From Paludibacteraceae bacterium (lineage in GTDB: Bacteria; Bacteroidota; Bacteroidia; Bacteroidales; Paludibacteraceae), in assembly GCA_024399785.1 (NCBI GenBank), contig JAKSNM010000001.1:1-47702 (forward strand): a DNA stretch of 47,702 nucleotides, written 5' to 3'. The position numbers and the translations under genes are program-made. The notes below the pieces were generated by a model, which saw nothing but the letters and a program-made list of their open reading frames with translations, was not told where the DNA came from and searched no databases. Of this stretch, positions 34,410 to 43,388 are shown piece after piece; position 1 is the stretch's first letter; each line of letters opens with the position of its first letter.

Positions 34410-35942
34410 GTGTTAGTGAATTTATTGATTATACTGGCTATACTCAACCCTGTAACGTGGACTAGTGTACAGCAGGGCGATTCGGTGGTGCTGCGTGCGC
34501 AGGTTGATTCGGGTTGGCATATGACGCTTATCTCGATTGGCGATTCAATGGTGGGTGAGGATTATGCCGATGGCTATACTTTGACCGTAGCGGCCAACGA
34601 TATGCCCGCTATTCGCTATACTGCCTGCGACGATGAGCAGTGCCTCGCTCCCGAGGTGTATAGACCCATCCCCAACCCTTCCCTCGAAGGGAAGGGAGAT
34701 AAGGAGGAGAATAGGGAGGGTCTGCTGTTTCTATTGGGATTATTAGGGGGTCTGCTGGCCATCTTTACACCCTGTGTGTGGCCGATTATCCCGATGACGG
34801 TATCGTTTTTTCTCAAACGTGAGAGTGCTCACCGCAGGCGCGATGCGGTGCTGTACGGACTGAGTATAGTGGCTATCTACGTGGGCTTAGGCCTGCTGAT
34901 TACGCTTCTTTTTGGTGCGTCAGCGCTGAATAGTCTGGCCACCAATGCGTGGGTCAATCTATTTTTCTTTGCCCTGTTGGTGGTGTTTGCGTTGTCTTTC
35001 TTCGGACTGTTTGAGATTACGTTGCCTGCTTCTTGGTCCACTCGGTTGGACAGCCGCGCCCGTCAGACGGGAGGGGTAGTTAGTATATTGCTGATGGCTT
35101 TTACCCTGGTGGTAGTTTCTTTTTCCTGCACAGGACCTATTATCGGTACCTTGTTGGTAGAGGCAGCCTCGCGTAGTCTGTTGGCGCCCGCTATGGGTAT
35201 GCTGGGCTTTGCTTTGGCCCTGGCTCTTCCATTTGCGCTATTGGCTTTCTTTCCCCATTGGATGCAGCGGTTGCCCAAATCGGGCGAATGGATGCAGTCG
35301 TTTAAGGTGACTTTGGCATTCGTGGAATTGGCGCTGTCGCTTAAGTTCCTTAGTGTAGCCGATATGGCCTACGGTTGGGGTATCTTGCCCCGTTGGCTTT
35401 TTATTGCGCTGTGGGTAGCCTGCTTTGCGGGTTTGGGAATCTATTTGATTCGCAAGAGTTGGGTAGGCAAGGTGCTGGCAGTGGCCAGTTGGGCCTTTGC
35501 CCTCTATCTGGTACCTGGTTTATGGGGCGCACCTGTTCGCGCCATAGCGGCTTTTGCGCCACCTATGGCAGTGGAGCGTGAGGTGTATTACGACTATGAA
35601 CAGGGCCTGGCTTATGCCCGACAAGTGAATAAACCGATTGTGGTGGATTTCACAGGTTATGGTTGTGTCAATTGTAGAAAGATGGAGCAGTATGTCCTGG
35701 CTGATAGTGCGGTGCAAACGCGGTTGCAGGACTATGTGTATATCATGCTCTATGTCGATTCGCGCCGTGATGACAACGGCAATGGCATAGAGGATGGCGA
35801 GGAATTTGCACGCTTGCAGCGCGAGCGTTTTGGTAGCAATGCCCAGCCTTATTTCGTGCGCCTGGATCCAGCAGGCAACCCTGAGGGTGCCGCTATGGCT
35901 TTTACCATCAATACAGAGGAATTTTTACAGTGGCTTAAATAG
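34410..35942 (+). CDS. DsbD-family thiol:disulfide interchange protein (TM core + C-terminal thioredoxin-like domain)
   Basis: GTG start. TM cysteines 'FTPCVWPIIP' and 'SFSCTGPIIG'. C-terminal 'FTGYGCVNCRKME' CxxC motif. Confidence 0.8.
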   Translation: MLVNLLIILAILNPVTWTSVQQGDSVVLRAQVDSGWHMTLISIGDSMVGEDYADGYTLTVAANDMPAIRYTACDDEQCLAPEVYRPIPNPSLEGKGDKEENREGLLFLLGLLGGLLAIFTPCVWPIIPMTVSFFLKRESAHRRRDAVLYGLSIVAIYVGLGLLITLLFGASALNSLATNAWVNLFFFALLVVFALSFFGLFEITLPASWSTRLDSRARQTGGVVSILLMAFTLVVVSFSCTGPIIGTLLVEAASRSLLAPAMGMLGFALALALPFALLAFFPHWMQRLPKSGEWMQSFKVTLAFVELALSLKFLSVADMAYGWGILPRWLFIALWVACFAGLGIYLIRKSWVGKVLAVASWAFALYLVPGLWGAPVRAIAAFAPPMAVEREVYYDYEQGLAYARQVNKPIVVDFTGYGCVNCRKMEQYVLADSAVQTRLQDYVYIMLYVDSRRDDNGNGIEDGEEFARLQRERFGSNAQPYFVRLDPAGNPEGAAMAFTINTEEFLQWLK

Positions 35943-35964
35943 CCCACGCCTGCATTAGTTGGCG

Positions 35965-36873
35965 TTATTCATAGTAGGCTTGCGCACGTGTGTGCATGTT
36001 TTGTTTGATGGCTTCGTTATACCACAATATATCCCAGTGGTGCAAGCATCCGCGAGGAATCCATGGACTCAGTTCCGCGATGAAATAGCGCATGCTGTCG
36101 GCGTTGCAGACCAGGATACAGGCACTGGTGTCTATGGCGCATGCTATCGTGTCGTTCTGCCAGATCAATGTAGCGGGGGTGGGGTCGGTAGTCCAGTTCA
36201 GGGGATTGATACAGGTGGCTGCCCCCTGGGACACAAAGTCCCATTGTTGGTTTACCGAGCAGCAGGTGTTGTAGGAGATTAGTTTACCCTCTATGGCCGA
36301 TTGGGCAGGTTCGATATGCCGCAAAGCCAGGTCCTCTTGGCTCAATCTATACCCCATCATATACGCGCCCAGACAGCGTTGATAGTCTTTGTCGCGCATC
36401 TGGTCGAGCAGGGCGGGTATGAACATGGCTCCCTGGCTGAAACCTACCAGAAAGAACGGACGGCGTTTGTTCTGGTGTCGCAAGTAATCGGTGAATTGCG
36501 CTTGCACATCGTTTAGGGCGATTTGATAGGCGCGTGAAAAAGTGTCTGCACACTGCGATATAGCAGACATGGTGTATTGGTGATAATGGGGTGCGAACCA
36601 GTTCATGCTGTCGCACAGCTGCCCTTGCATATAGTTGATCTCCTGGTCCAGCAGTTCTTTCTCGGCTTGCGTGAGTGTGGCGTTATACACCTCGTTGCCT
36701 TGCTCATCTTGGCTGGATAGTACATTGGTAGAGCAGATATAGTAGATATCTACGGGGTAGGGCTGCTTAGACTGACCACGGTCTAACCAATGGTCCATAT
36801 CGCAACAAAAAACCAAAGCAGCTACTAAAATAGTAATGCCGATACATCTGGCTGGTGTCAATATCTTTCTCAT
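35965..36873 (-). CDS. alpha/beta hydrolase, DUF3089-like lipase
   Basis: N-terminal hydrophobic anchor, 'PVDIYYI' and the nucleophile elbow 'GFSQGAM'. Confidence 0.55.
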   Translation of the reverse strand: MRKILTPARCIGITILVAALVFCCDMDHWLDRGQSKQPYPVDIYYICSTNVLSSQDEQGNEVYNATLTQAEKELLDQEINYMQGQLCDSMNWFAPHYHQYTMSAISQCADTFSRAYQIALNDVQAQFTDYLRHQNKRRPFFLVGFSQGAMFIPALLDQMRDKDYQRCLGAYMMGYRLSQEDLALRHIEPAQSAIEGKLISYNTCCSVNQQWDFVSQGAATCINPLNWTTDPTPATLIWQNDTIACAIDTSACILVCNADSMRYFIAELSPWIPRGCLHHWDILWYNEAIKQNMHTRAQAYYE

Positions 36874-36876
36874 TGT

Positions 36877-36917
36877 CTCTAAACTCTAAACTCTAAACAG
36901 GCGTCAGCCGTCTAAAC
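36877..36917. repeat. dispersed repeat copy: CTCTAAA x3 heptamers + CAGGCGTCAGCCGTCTAAAC
   Basis: Fills the spacer between the fbp stop (36918) and the DUF3089 ATG (36873). Confidence 0.85.
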
Positions 36918-38912
36918 TTACCTCTCTTGTATCTCACCAGCCATGTAGGCATCGCGCAGTTTTTCCAGGTCGGCTATCTGTTGGCGCAGTTCTACGCCCA
37001 GGTCGGTGTCGGTAATGCGCATACGATGGCCCGAGAAGTCCTGCAGCAGGGTGTGGCTATGCACATCGCAGCCAGAGAGGATAGCCTGTTGGCGGCTCTC
37101 GAACTCCTCGTGTTCTACCAGTTGTATGCCGTGGCTGTTGTAGATCAGCGTATAGCCTGCTATGCCTGTTTTTTCCTGATAGGGTTTAGAGAATCCGCCG
37201 TCTATCACAAAGCGTTTGCCGTTGGCGCGCATCGGGCTCTCGCCTTTGATGGTTTTTACGGGTATATGTCCGTTGATGATACGCCCCGTGTCGGGGTTCA
37301 GTCCAAATTCAGTCAAGATAGTGCGGCAGGTCTGCTCCTGGTTAGCCAGGGTGTAATAGGCACCTTTCTGCTCCTCGCTCAGGGCTTTGTCGGCCAGGAA
37401 ATAGCGTTCAAAGGTGGTCATCTGGTCCTTGTTATAAAGGGGCGATTGGGGTCCGCACCATAAATAGAGCATATAGTCCAGTGCATTGGCTTGTGCGGTG
37501 CCTTGCCCGAAATAGGCGCAGCGTATGATCTCGTCGGTGCGTTGCATCAGGGCTCGTCCTGCTACGGTTTGTCCGCATACATCTACGGCGGTGAATGATC
37601 CGTCGGCGTTCATAGGTATAGCGGCGTGGTAGAGCAAAAAGCCGTTGCGCACCAGATAGAGCGAACCGTGGTGGTAGAGCAGCCGCAGGTGTTTCTGCAG
37701 TTTCTCCGACTTACGCAGCGAACGCTCCAGTTGAACCATCAGTTCCTCCTCTTCCTCGCTTAGTCGATAGGGGTCGGCGGGGTCGATTGTGGGCAGGTAG
37801 CTATCGGTTAGAGGGTAGGTGTGTTCGCCCAGGGTGATGGTGCCCTGGGTGTAATCTATTTTGTCCAGTAACAGGCGGCTATGCATTTGCCACTCGGGGT
37901 GGCGCAGGATGGTCTGCCCTTCTAGTTTGAATTGCAGTATAGAAGCCGCCTTGTGCATCTTAGCCATCAGTTGGGCGGAGCGGGTCAGGCGGGGGTTGTT
38001 CTCAAAGTCGCGTGTCTGCCATATGGTGCAGGGGTCGTTGCCATAGGTCTCGATGGCAAAATTGGCCAGGGGCAACAGGTTGATGCCATAGCCTTCCTCC
38101 AGCGACTCGATATTGGCGTAGCGTATGCTCACGCGCAGCATCGTGGCTATCAGGGCACGATTGCCCATTGCGGCTCCCATCCATAGTATATCGTGGTTGC
38201 CCCATTGTATGTCGTAGTCGTGCATGGTGGACAACACATCCAATATCTTGGCGGCACCAGGTCCGCGGTCGAATATATCGCCTACGATATGCAGGGTGTC
38301 GATGGTGAGTACATGTATGAGATAGGACATCTCAATCAGCAGGTCGTCTCCGCTGCCTGTTTGTATGATGCCGTTGATGATAGCGTTGTAATAGTGGTTG
38401 TGGTCGCGCTCGATTGAACTCTCGTGCAGCAGTTCTTCTATGATATAGGCGAAGTGCTTGGGCAATAGTTTGCGCACTTTTGAGCGCGAGTATTTCACTG
38501 TCACGGCCCTGGCCACATCGGTCACTTGGGTCAGTCGGCGGTGGTACCACAGGTTCAAGACCTCTGCTTGAGCATTAGCGATGAGGTCTTGTGGCAGTTC
38601 GTTGGCGGGATTGATCTCGCCGTTTTTGATTAGTTCCAGACGTTCGTCTGGGTAGTAGATCAGGGCGCACAGGGCGCGCTTCTCCTGCTCGGAGATAGTG
38701 TCTTGGTATAGTTCGTCCACTTTGTGGCGTAGCACACCTGATGCGTTCTTGAGCATGTGTATGAACGCGTTACTGGCACCGTGCAAATCACTTACGAAAT
38801 GCTCGGTGCCTTTGGGTAAACTGAGTATCGCCTTTAGGTTGATGATCTCAGTATTCACTGCGCTGCGATTGGGAAAGCGCTCGCTTAGCAGGTGTACGTA
38901 ACGGTCCATCAT
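36918..38912 (-). CDS. fbp: fructose-1,6-bisphosphatase class 3
   Basis: ~660 aa with the 'HIVGDIFDRGP' and 'GNHD' metallophosphoesterase motifs typical of class 3 FBPase. Start moved to ATG 38912 (MMDRYVHLL) to remove the overlap with nqrF. Confidence 0.9.
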   Translation of the reverse strand: MMDRYVHLLSERFPNRSAVNTEIINLKAILSLPKGTEHFVSDLHGASNAFIHMLKNASGVLRHKVDELYQDTISEQEKRALCALIYYPDERLELIKNGEINPANELPQDLIANAQAEVLNLWYHRRLTQVTDVARAVTVKYSRSKVRKLLPKHFAYIIEELLHESSIERDHNHYYNAIINGIIQTGSGDDLLIEMSYLIHVLTIDTLHIVGDIFDRGPGAAKILDVLSTMHDYDIQWGNHDILWMGAAMGNRALIATMLRVSIRYANIESLEEGYGINLLPLANFAIETYGNDPCTIWQTRDFENNPRLTRSAQLMAKMHKAASILQFKLEGQTILRHPEWQMHSRLLLDKIDYTQGTITLGEHTYPLTDSYLPTIDPADPYRLSEEEEELMVQLERSLRKSEKLQKHLRLLYHHGSLYLVRNGFLLYHAAIPMNADGSFTAVDVCGQTVAGRALMQRTDEIIRCAYFGQGTAQANALDYMLYLWCGPQSPLYNKDQMTTFERYFLADKALSEEQKGAYYTLANQEQTCRTILTEFGLNPDTGRIINGHIPVKTIKGESPMRANGKRFVIDGGFSKPYQEKTGIAGYTLIYNSHGIQLVEHEEFESRQQAILSGCDVHSHTLLQDFSGHRMRITDTDLGVELRQQIADLEKLRDAYMAGEIQER

Positions 38913-38919
38913 TTTTTTT

Positions 38920-40203
38920 TTATGCGCCGAAGTTATCAAAGCGTATATCTTCGTCGGCTACACCCAGCGAGTGGAGTAGGTCAACTACGGTCTTGGCCAT
39001 CATTGGGGGACCGCATAGATAGTATTCGATATCTTCAGGAGCATCGTGTTGCTTCAGATAGGTGTCGCCCATCACAGGTGCGATGAATCCAGCGGTGTAT
39101 TTGATACCCAGTCCATCGGCTTTGGGGTCGGGACGGTCTAGTGCCAAGTGGAAATGGAAATTGGGGAAATCCTTTTCCAATTGCAGGAAATCGTCCAGGA
39201 AGAACACCTCGTCTATGGCGCGTGCGCCGTAGAAATAGTGCATCTCGCGGTCGCGGCACTGACGGGTCTTGAGCATGTGCATGATCTGCGCACGCAGTGG
39301 AGCCATACCAGCACCACCACCTACCCAAATCATCTCGCGTTTGCTGTCATATACAGGGTGGAACTCACCATAAGGGCCACTCATCACTACCTTGTCGCCA
39401 GGTTTGAGCGAGAAGATATAGGTTGAGGCTATACCGCAAGGCACATCCTGGAACTCAGGTCCGTTGGGGCACTGGTCTTTGGGTTTGAAAGGTGGCGTAG
39501 CGATACGCACCGTCAATGTGATGATATCGCCCTCGTCGGGATAGTTGGCCATAGAGTAGGCCCGGATAGTAGCCTCGGTGTTCTTTTGTTTCAGGCCAAA
39601 CAGACCGAAGTTTTTCCATGCAGGCAGATACAGGTCGCCTATCAGGCTCTTGTCCATATCGCGATCGTAGTCGATATCGTACTCAGGAATACGAATCTGC
39701 GCATAGCTGCCTGGCTCAAAGTTCATGTGCTCGCCCTTAGGCAGCTGCACCTTAAACTCTTTGATGAAGGTAGCCACGTTCTTGTTGCTGATTACTTCGC
39801 ACTCCCACTCTTTGACGCCCAGTATAGACTCGTCTATTTTGAGTTGCAGGTCGTTCTTTACCTTCACTTGGCAACCCAGACGCCAGTGGTCTTTTTGCTG
39901 TTTACGGCTAAAGTGTACGGTTTCGGTAGGCAGTATCTCGCCGCCGCCTTCCAACACTTGGCATTTGCACTGACCGCAACTACCTTTTCCGCCGCAGGCA
40001 GAGGGCAGGTGTACACCCGCTGCGCCCATCGAGGCGAGCAATGTGCCGCCAGCAGGAATCTGAAACTCCTTGTCGCCGTTCACCGTTACTTTTACATCTC
40101 CGCTGGCTACCAAGAAACGTTTGGCGACCAGCAGCACTACTACCAGCAGGAGTATCACCACTAGAAATACTACTACTGCATATATGATTGCTTGTATATC
40201 CAT
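38920..40203 (-). CDS. nqrF: Na+-translocating NADH:quinone oxidoreductase subunit F
   Basis: N-terminal TM helix, 2Fe-2S 'CGGKGSCGQCKC', and FAD/NADH domain ('RAYSMANY'). Confidence 0.95.
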   Translation of the reverse strand: MDIQAIIYAVVVFLVVILLLVVVLLVAKRFLVASGDVKVTVNGDKEFQIPAGGTLLASMGAAGVHLPSACGGKGSCGQCKCQVLEGGGEILPTETVHFSRKQQKDHWRLGCQVKVKNDLQLKIDESILGVKEWECEVISNKNVATFIKEFKVQLPKGEHMNFEPGSYAQIRIPEYDIDYDRDMDKSLIGDLYLPAWKNFGLFGLKQKNTEATIRAYSMANYPDEGDIITLTVRIATPPFKPKDQCPNGPEFQDVPCGIASTYIFSLKPGDKVVMSGPYGEFHPVYDSKREMIWVGGGAGMAPLRAQIMHMLKTRQCRDREMHYFYGARAIDEVFFLDDFLQLEKDFPNFHFHLALDRPDPKADGLGIKYTAGFIAPVMGDTYLKQHDAPEDIEYYLCGPPMMAKTVVDLLHSLGVADEDIRFDNFGA

Positions 40204-40218
40204 TGTTGATTCCTCCTA

Positions 40219-40827
40219 TTAGATGTTTAGTCCGCTAAAGCACATGAAAGCCAACGCCATCAGACCAACGGTGATGAAGGTGATGCCGATGCCTTGCAGG
40301 GGCTTTGGTACGTCGTTATACTCCATTTTCTCGCGTATTCCTGCCAAGCATACAATAGCCAGCATCCATCCCAGACCGCTACCAACAGCGAAAGCGAAAG
40401 CGTCGCCGAGGTTGGCGATAGCTTTTACGTTCTCGGGATCCAGCAAGACACGTTGTTGCATAAACAGGCTGCCACCCATGATAGCGCAGTTCACAGCGAT
40501 CAGGGGCAGGAAGATACCCAGTGAGTTATAGAGCGAGGGGCTGACCTTCTCTACTATCATCTCCACCAATTGCACGATAGCAGCTATCACAGCAATAAAG
40601 AGGATGAAACTCAGATAGCCCAAGCCCAGAGGTGCCAATACATGCACCTGTAGCAGGTAGTTGATAGGCAGGGTGATGGTCTGCACAAAAATAACAGCCA
40701 CGCCCAAACCAGCAGCGGTTTTTACGTCCTTCGACACGGCCAGGTATGAGCACATACCCAGGAAGAAGGCGAAAATCATATTGTCCGCAAAGATAGAGCG
40801 AACGAAAAGACTAAGTGCGTGTTCCAT
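40219..40827 (-). CDS. nqrE: Na+-NQR subunit E
   Basis: 202-aa polytopic protein in the conserved operon position. Confidence 0.93.
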   Translation of the reverse strand: MEHALSLFVRSIFADNMIFAFFLGMCSYLAVSKDVKTAAGLGVAVIFVQTITLPINYLLQVHVLAPLGLGYLSFILFIAVIAAIVQLVEMIVEKVSPSLYNSLGIFLPLIAVNCAIMGGSLFMQQRVLLDPENVKAIANLGDAFAFAVGSGLGWMLAIVCLAGIREKMEYNDVPKPLQGIGITFITVGLMALAFMCFSGLNI

Positions 40828-41444
40828 TATTTTTTCTCCTCATTTATTGAGCGGTGCGCCCAGATTACACATCCTACTAAAATCAATGCCATAGCGGGCA
40901 TCAGCATCATACCGCAGTTGCTGTATCCGTGGTCGTAGCACCATTGGGGTATCACTTGGAATCCCAGCAATTTGCCGCTACCCAGCAGTTCACGTACGAA
41001 AGCTACAATCACCAGTATCATGGCGTAGCCCAGTCCGTTGCCCAGACCGTCCATCAGTGAATCTTTCACATTGTTGGTCATGGCAAACGCTTCCAGGCGT
41101 CCCATCAGGATACAGTTGGTGATGATCAGACCGATATACACGCTTAGCTGCATAGCCACGTCGTATGCAAAGGCTTTCAGCACTTCGCTTACGATGGTTA
41201 CCAGCGCTGCTACCACTACTAGTTGCACGATGATACGAATTCGCATAGGAATCGATTTACGTATCAGCGATATCACTACGTTCGATAGTGCCACAATGAT
41301 GGTGACCGATATACCCATCACAAGTGCGGGTTTCAGTTGCACCGTTACGGCCAGTGCCGAGCAGATACCCAGTATCTGTACCAGCACAGGGTTGTTGGCG
41401 TTCAACGGGCCCAGAAAGGCCTCTTTGGTTTGTTTACTCAGCAT
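40827..41444 (-). CDS. nqrD: Na+-NQR subunit D
   Basis: 205-aa polytopic protein with '[17 protein letters not shown]'. Confidence 0.93.
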   Translation of the reverse strand: MLSKQTKEAFLGPLNANNPVLVQILGICSALAVTVQLKPALVMGISVTIIVALSNVVISLIRKSIPMRIRIIVQLVVVAALVTIVSEVLKAFAYDVAMQLSVYIGLIITNCILMGRLEAFAMTNNVKDSLMDGLGNGLGYAMILVIVAFVRELLGSGKLLGFQVIPQWCYDHGYSNCGMMLMPAMALILVGCVIWAHRSINEEKK

Positions 41445-42195
41445 CTTCTACCTCCTTTTCTTCGTTTACGTTCTCGTTCAAGAACTCAGCATATTCATTT
41501 AGCGAGCCCAGCAACATATCGTTCACACCAGTTGATGTGATGGTAGCTCCTGCCCAGGCATCTACTTGTTCTTGTCCTTCTTCGGCAGCTTTGCCAGGTT
41601 TGAGCACAGCTACGCTGCGCAGGCGACCTTGTGCATCTTTGATATGTTTGCCAAAGAAACGGCTGCGGAAGTTCTCGGTGGTGATTTCTGCACCCAGACC
41701 CGGGGTCTCGCCTTCGTGGCCGAAGTTAATGCCATAAACAGTGTTCTTGTCCTCATCCAGCGCTACATAACCCCAGATGCCGCCCCACAGGCCTTGGCCT
41801 TTCAGGGGGAGAACATACTTGGTGGCGCCATCGATGTGGGCGATAAATAGTTTTTTGTCGCCTAGGGCTTGTTCCTCTACTATTTGCTCATACAGGGCAG
41901 CAGGGTCGCTATTGGAAAAATCTACATTCAGTGCCGTCAGTATTTGCTTTTGCACGTCCAATCGAGCATTAGCCTCCTGACGAGGTTTCATCACTTGGCT
42001 CACTACGGCCAAGAGCACGGCTACTATCACTACCAGAATTGTAGCATACGTTATCGTATAAGCATTAGAGTCTGTAGATACTCCTTTCTTCATAGGTTCA
42101 AAGCAGTTGCTCTGCTGGCATTGCGGACAACTATCAGGAGCTTTGTCTCCAATGTGGACATAACCACATACTTTACATACAAATTGTTTTGCCAT
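41434..42195 (-). CDS. nqrC: Na+-NQR subunit C with an N-terminal rubredoxin-like CxxC...CxxC extension
   Basis: NqrC core begins at the 'MKKGVSTDSNAYTITYATILVVIVAVLLA' TM helix, with the FMN-attachment region 'GATITSTGV'. The in-frame 34-aa leader MAKQFVCKVCGYVHIGDKAPDSCPQCQQSNCFEP starts 2 nt after the nqrB stop. Confidence 0.85.
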   Translation of the reverse strand: MAKQFVCKVCGYVHIGDKAPDSCPQCQQSNCFEPMKKGVSTDSNAYTITYATILVVIVAVLLAVVSQVMKPRQEANARLDVQKQILTALNVDFSNSDPAALYEQIVEEQALGDKKLFIAHIDGATKYVLPLKGQGLWGGIWGYVALDEDKNTVYGINFGHEGETPGLGAEITTENFRSRFFGKHIKDAQGRLRSVAVLKPGKAAEEGQEQVDAWAGATITSTGVNDMLLGSLNEYAEFLNENVNEEKEVEDAE

Positions 42196-42197
42196 AG

Positions 42198-43388
42198 TTA
42201 TGCTCTTTTTAGACGTTTTTTAATGTTTTTACGAATTACACACCAGTCAATCAGTGGTGCAAATGCATTACCAAGCAAGATAGCCAGCATCATGCCCTCT
42301 GGGAAACCAGGGTTCAGCACACGTACCACGATCACGATGAAACCAATCAGCACGCCATAGATCCATTTGCCACACTCGGTGCGAGCCGAGGTAACAGGGT
42401 CGGTTGCCATAAACACAGCGCCGAACAATAGGCCGCCGTTCAACAGTTGCATATACCATGGGAAGTGTGCAATAGCGGTGTCGGGACCAAAGGCGTTGAA
42501 TAGATAGGCGGTAATACCAGCGGTGGCGATGATGGATACCATCACTTTCCAACTGGCTACACCCGTAGCGATTAGCAGGATAGCACCCAACAGTATAGCC
42601 CACACGCAGGTCTCACCTACGCAACCGGGCATCAAGCCGTTGATGCTGGCCCAGATGCTGGCGCAGTCGGTTTGGGCAGCTATGCCCGTGCTCAGTTGGG
42701 TCAGGGTAGTGGCGCCCGAGAAGCCATCTACGGCTTGTGCGCCGTCCCAACCCCAGGTGGAGCCAATGCGAACGAATACGCTGTCGCCCGTCATGCTGCT
42801 GGGGTAGGCGAAGAATAGGAAGGCACGAGCGATCAAGGCTACGTTAAAGATGTTATAGCCTGTGCCGCCAAATACCTCTTTGGCAAAGATCACCGCAAAT
42901 GCGGTAGCAATAGCTACTTGCCATAGGGGGGTGTTGATAGGCAATATCAGGGGCAGGATGAAACCTGTTACCAGGTAACCTTCTGCTACCTCTTCGTGCT
43001 TCATTTGGGCTACGATAAACTCAATGCCCAGACCTACTATATAGCTTACCAGGTACAGGGGCAATACAGCCAATATACCAAAGCCCAGGGCTTTCCACCA
43101 TAGGCAGGCGGTGATGCCTGCTGCCAATTGACCTGTAGCCAACAGATGTTGATAACCTACGTTGAACATACCGAACAGAGCGCAGGGCACCAATGCCAGC
43201 ACAACCAGTATCATGGTGCGTTTGCTGTCGCTGCCGTCGTGTATCTGACTTCCTGTTTTCTTGGCCGTGGTGTTGGGCGTGAACAGGAAGGTGTCAAAGG
43301 CGTCGTAGAAACTGCTCAGGTTCTCCAACTTGCCGCCTTGTTCAAAGTTCTTGCCGAACTTTTTCCAGAGATTATAAAACTTTTCCAT
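42198..43388 (-). CDS. nqrB: Na+-NQR subunit B
   Basis: 396-aa polytopic protein with the FMN-binding 'SGATTLT' region. Confidence 0.95.
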   Translation of the reverse strand: MEKFYNLWKKFGKNFEQGGKLENLSSFYDAFDTFLFTPNTTAKKTGSQIHDGSDSKRTMILVVLALVPCALFGMFNVGYQHLLATGQLAAGITACLWWKALGFGILAVLPLYLVSYIVGLGIEFIVAQMKHEEVAEGYLVTGFILPLILPINTPLWQVAIATAFAVIFAKEVFGGTGYNIFNVALIARAFLFFAYPSSMTGDSVFVRIGSTWGWDGAQAVDGFSGATTLTQLSTGIAAQTDCASIWASINGLMPGCVGETCVWAILLGAILLIATGVASWKVMVSIIATAGITAYLFNAFGPDTAIAHFPWYMQLLNGGLLFGAVFMATDPVTSARTECGKWIYGVLIGFIVIVVRVLNPGFPEGMMLAILLGNAFAPLIDWCVIRKNIKKRLKRA

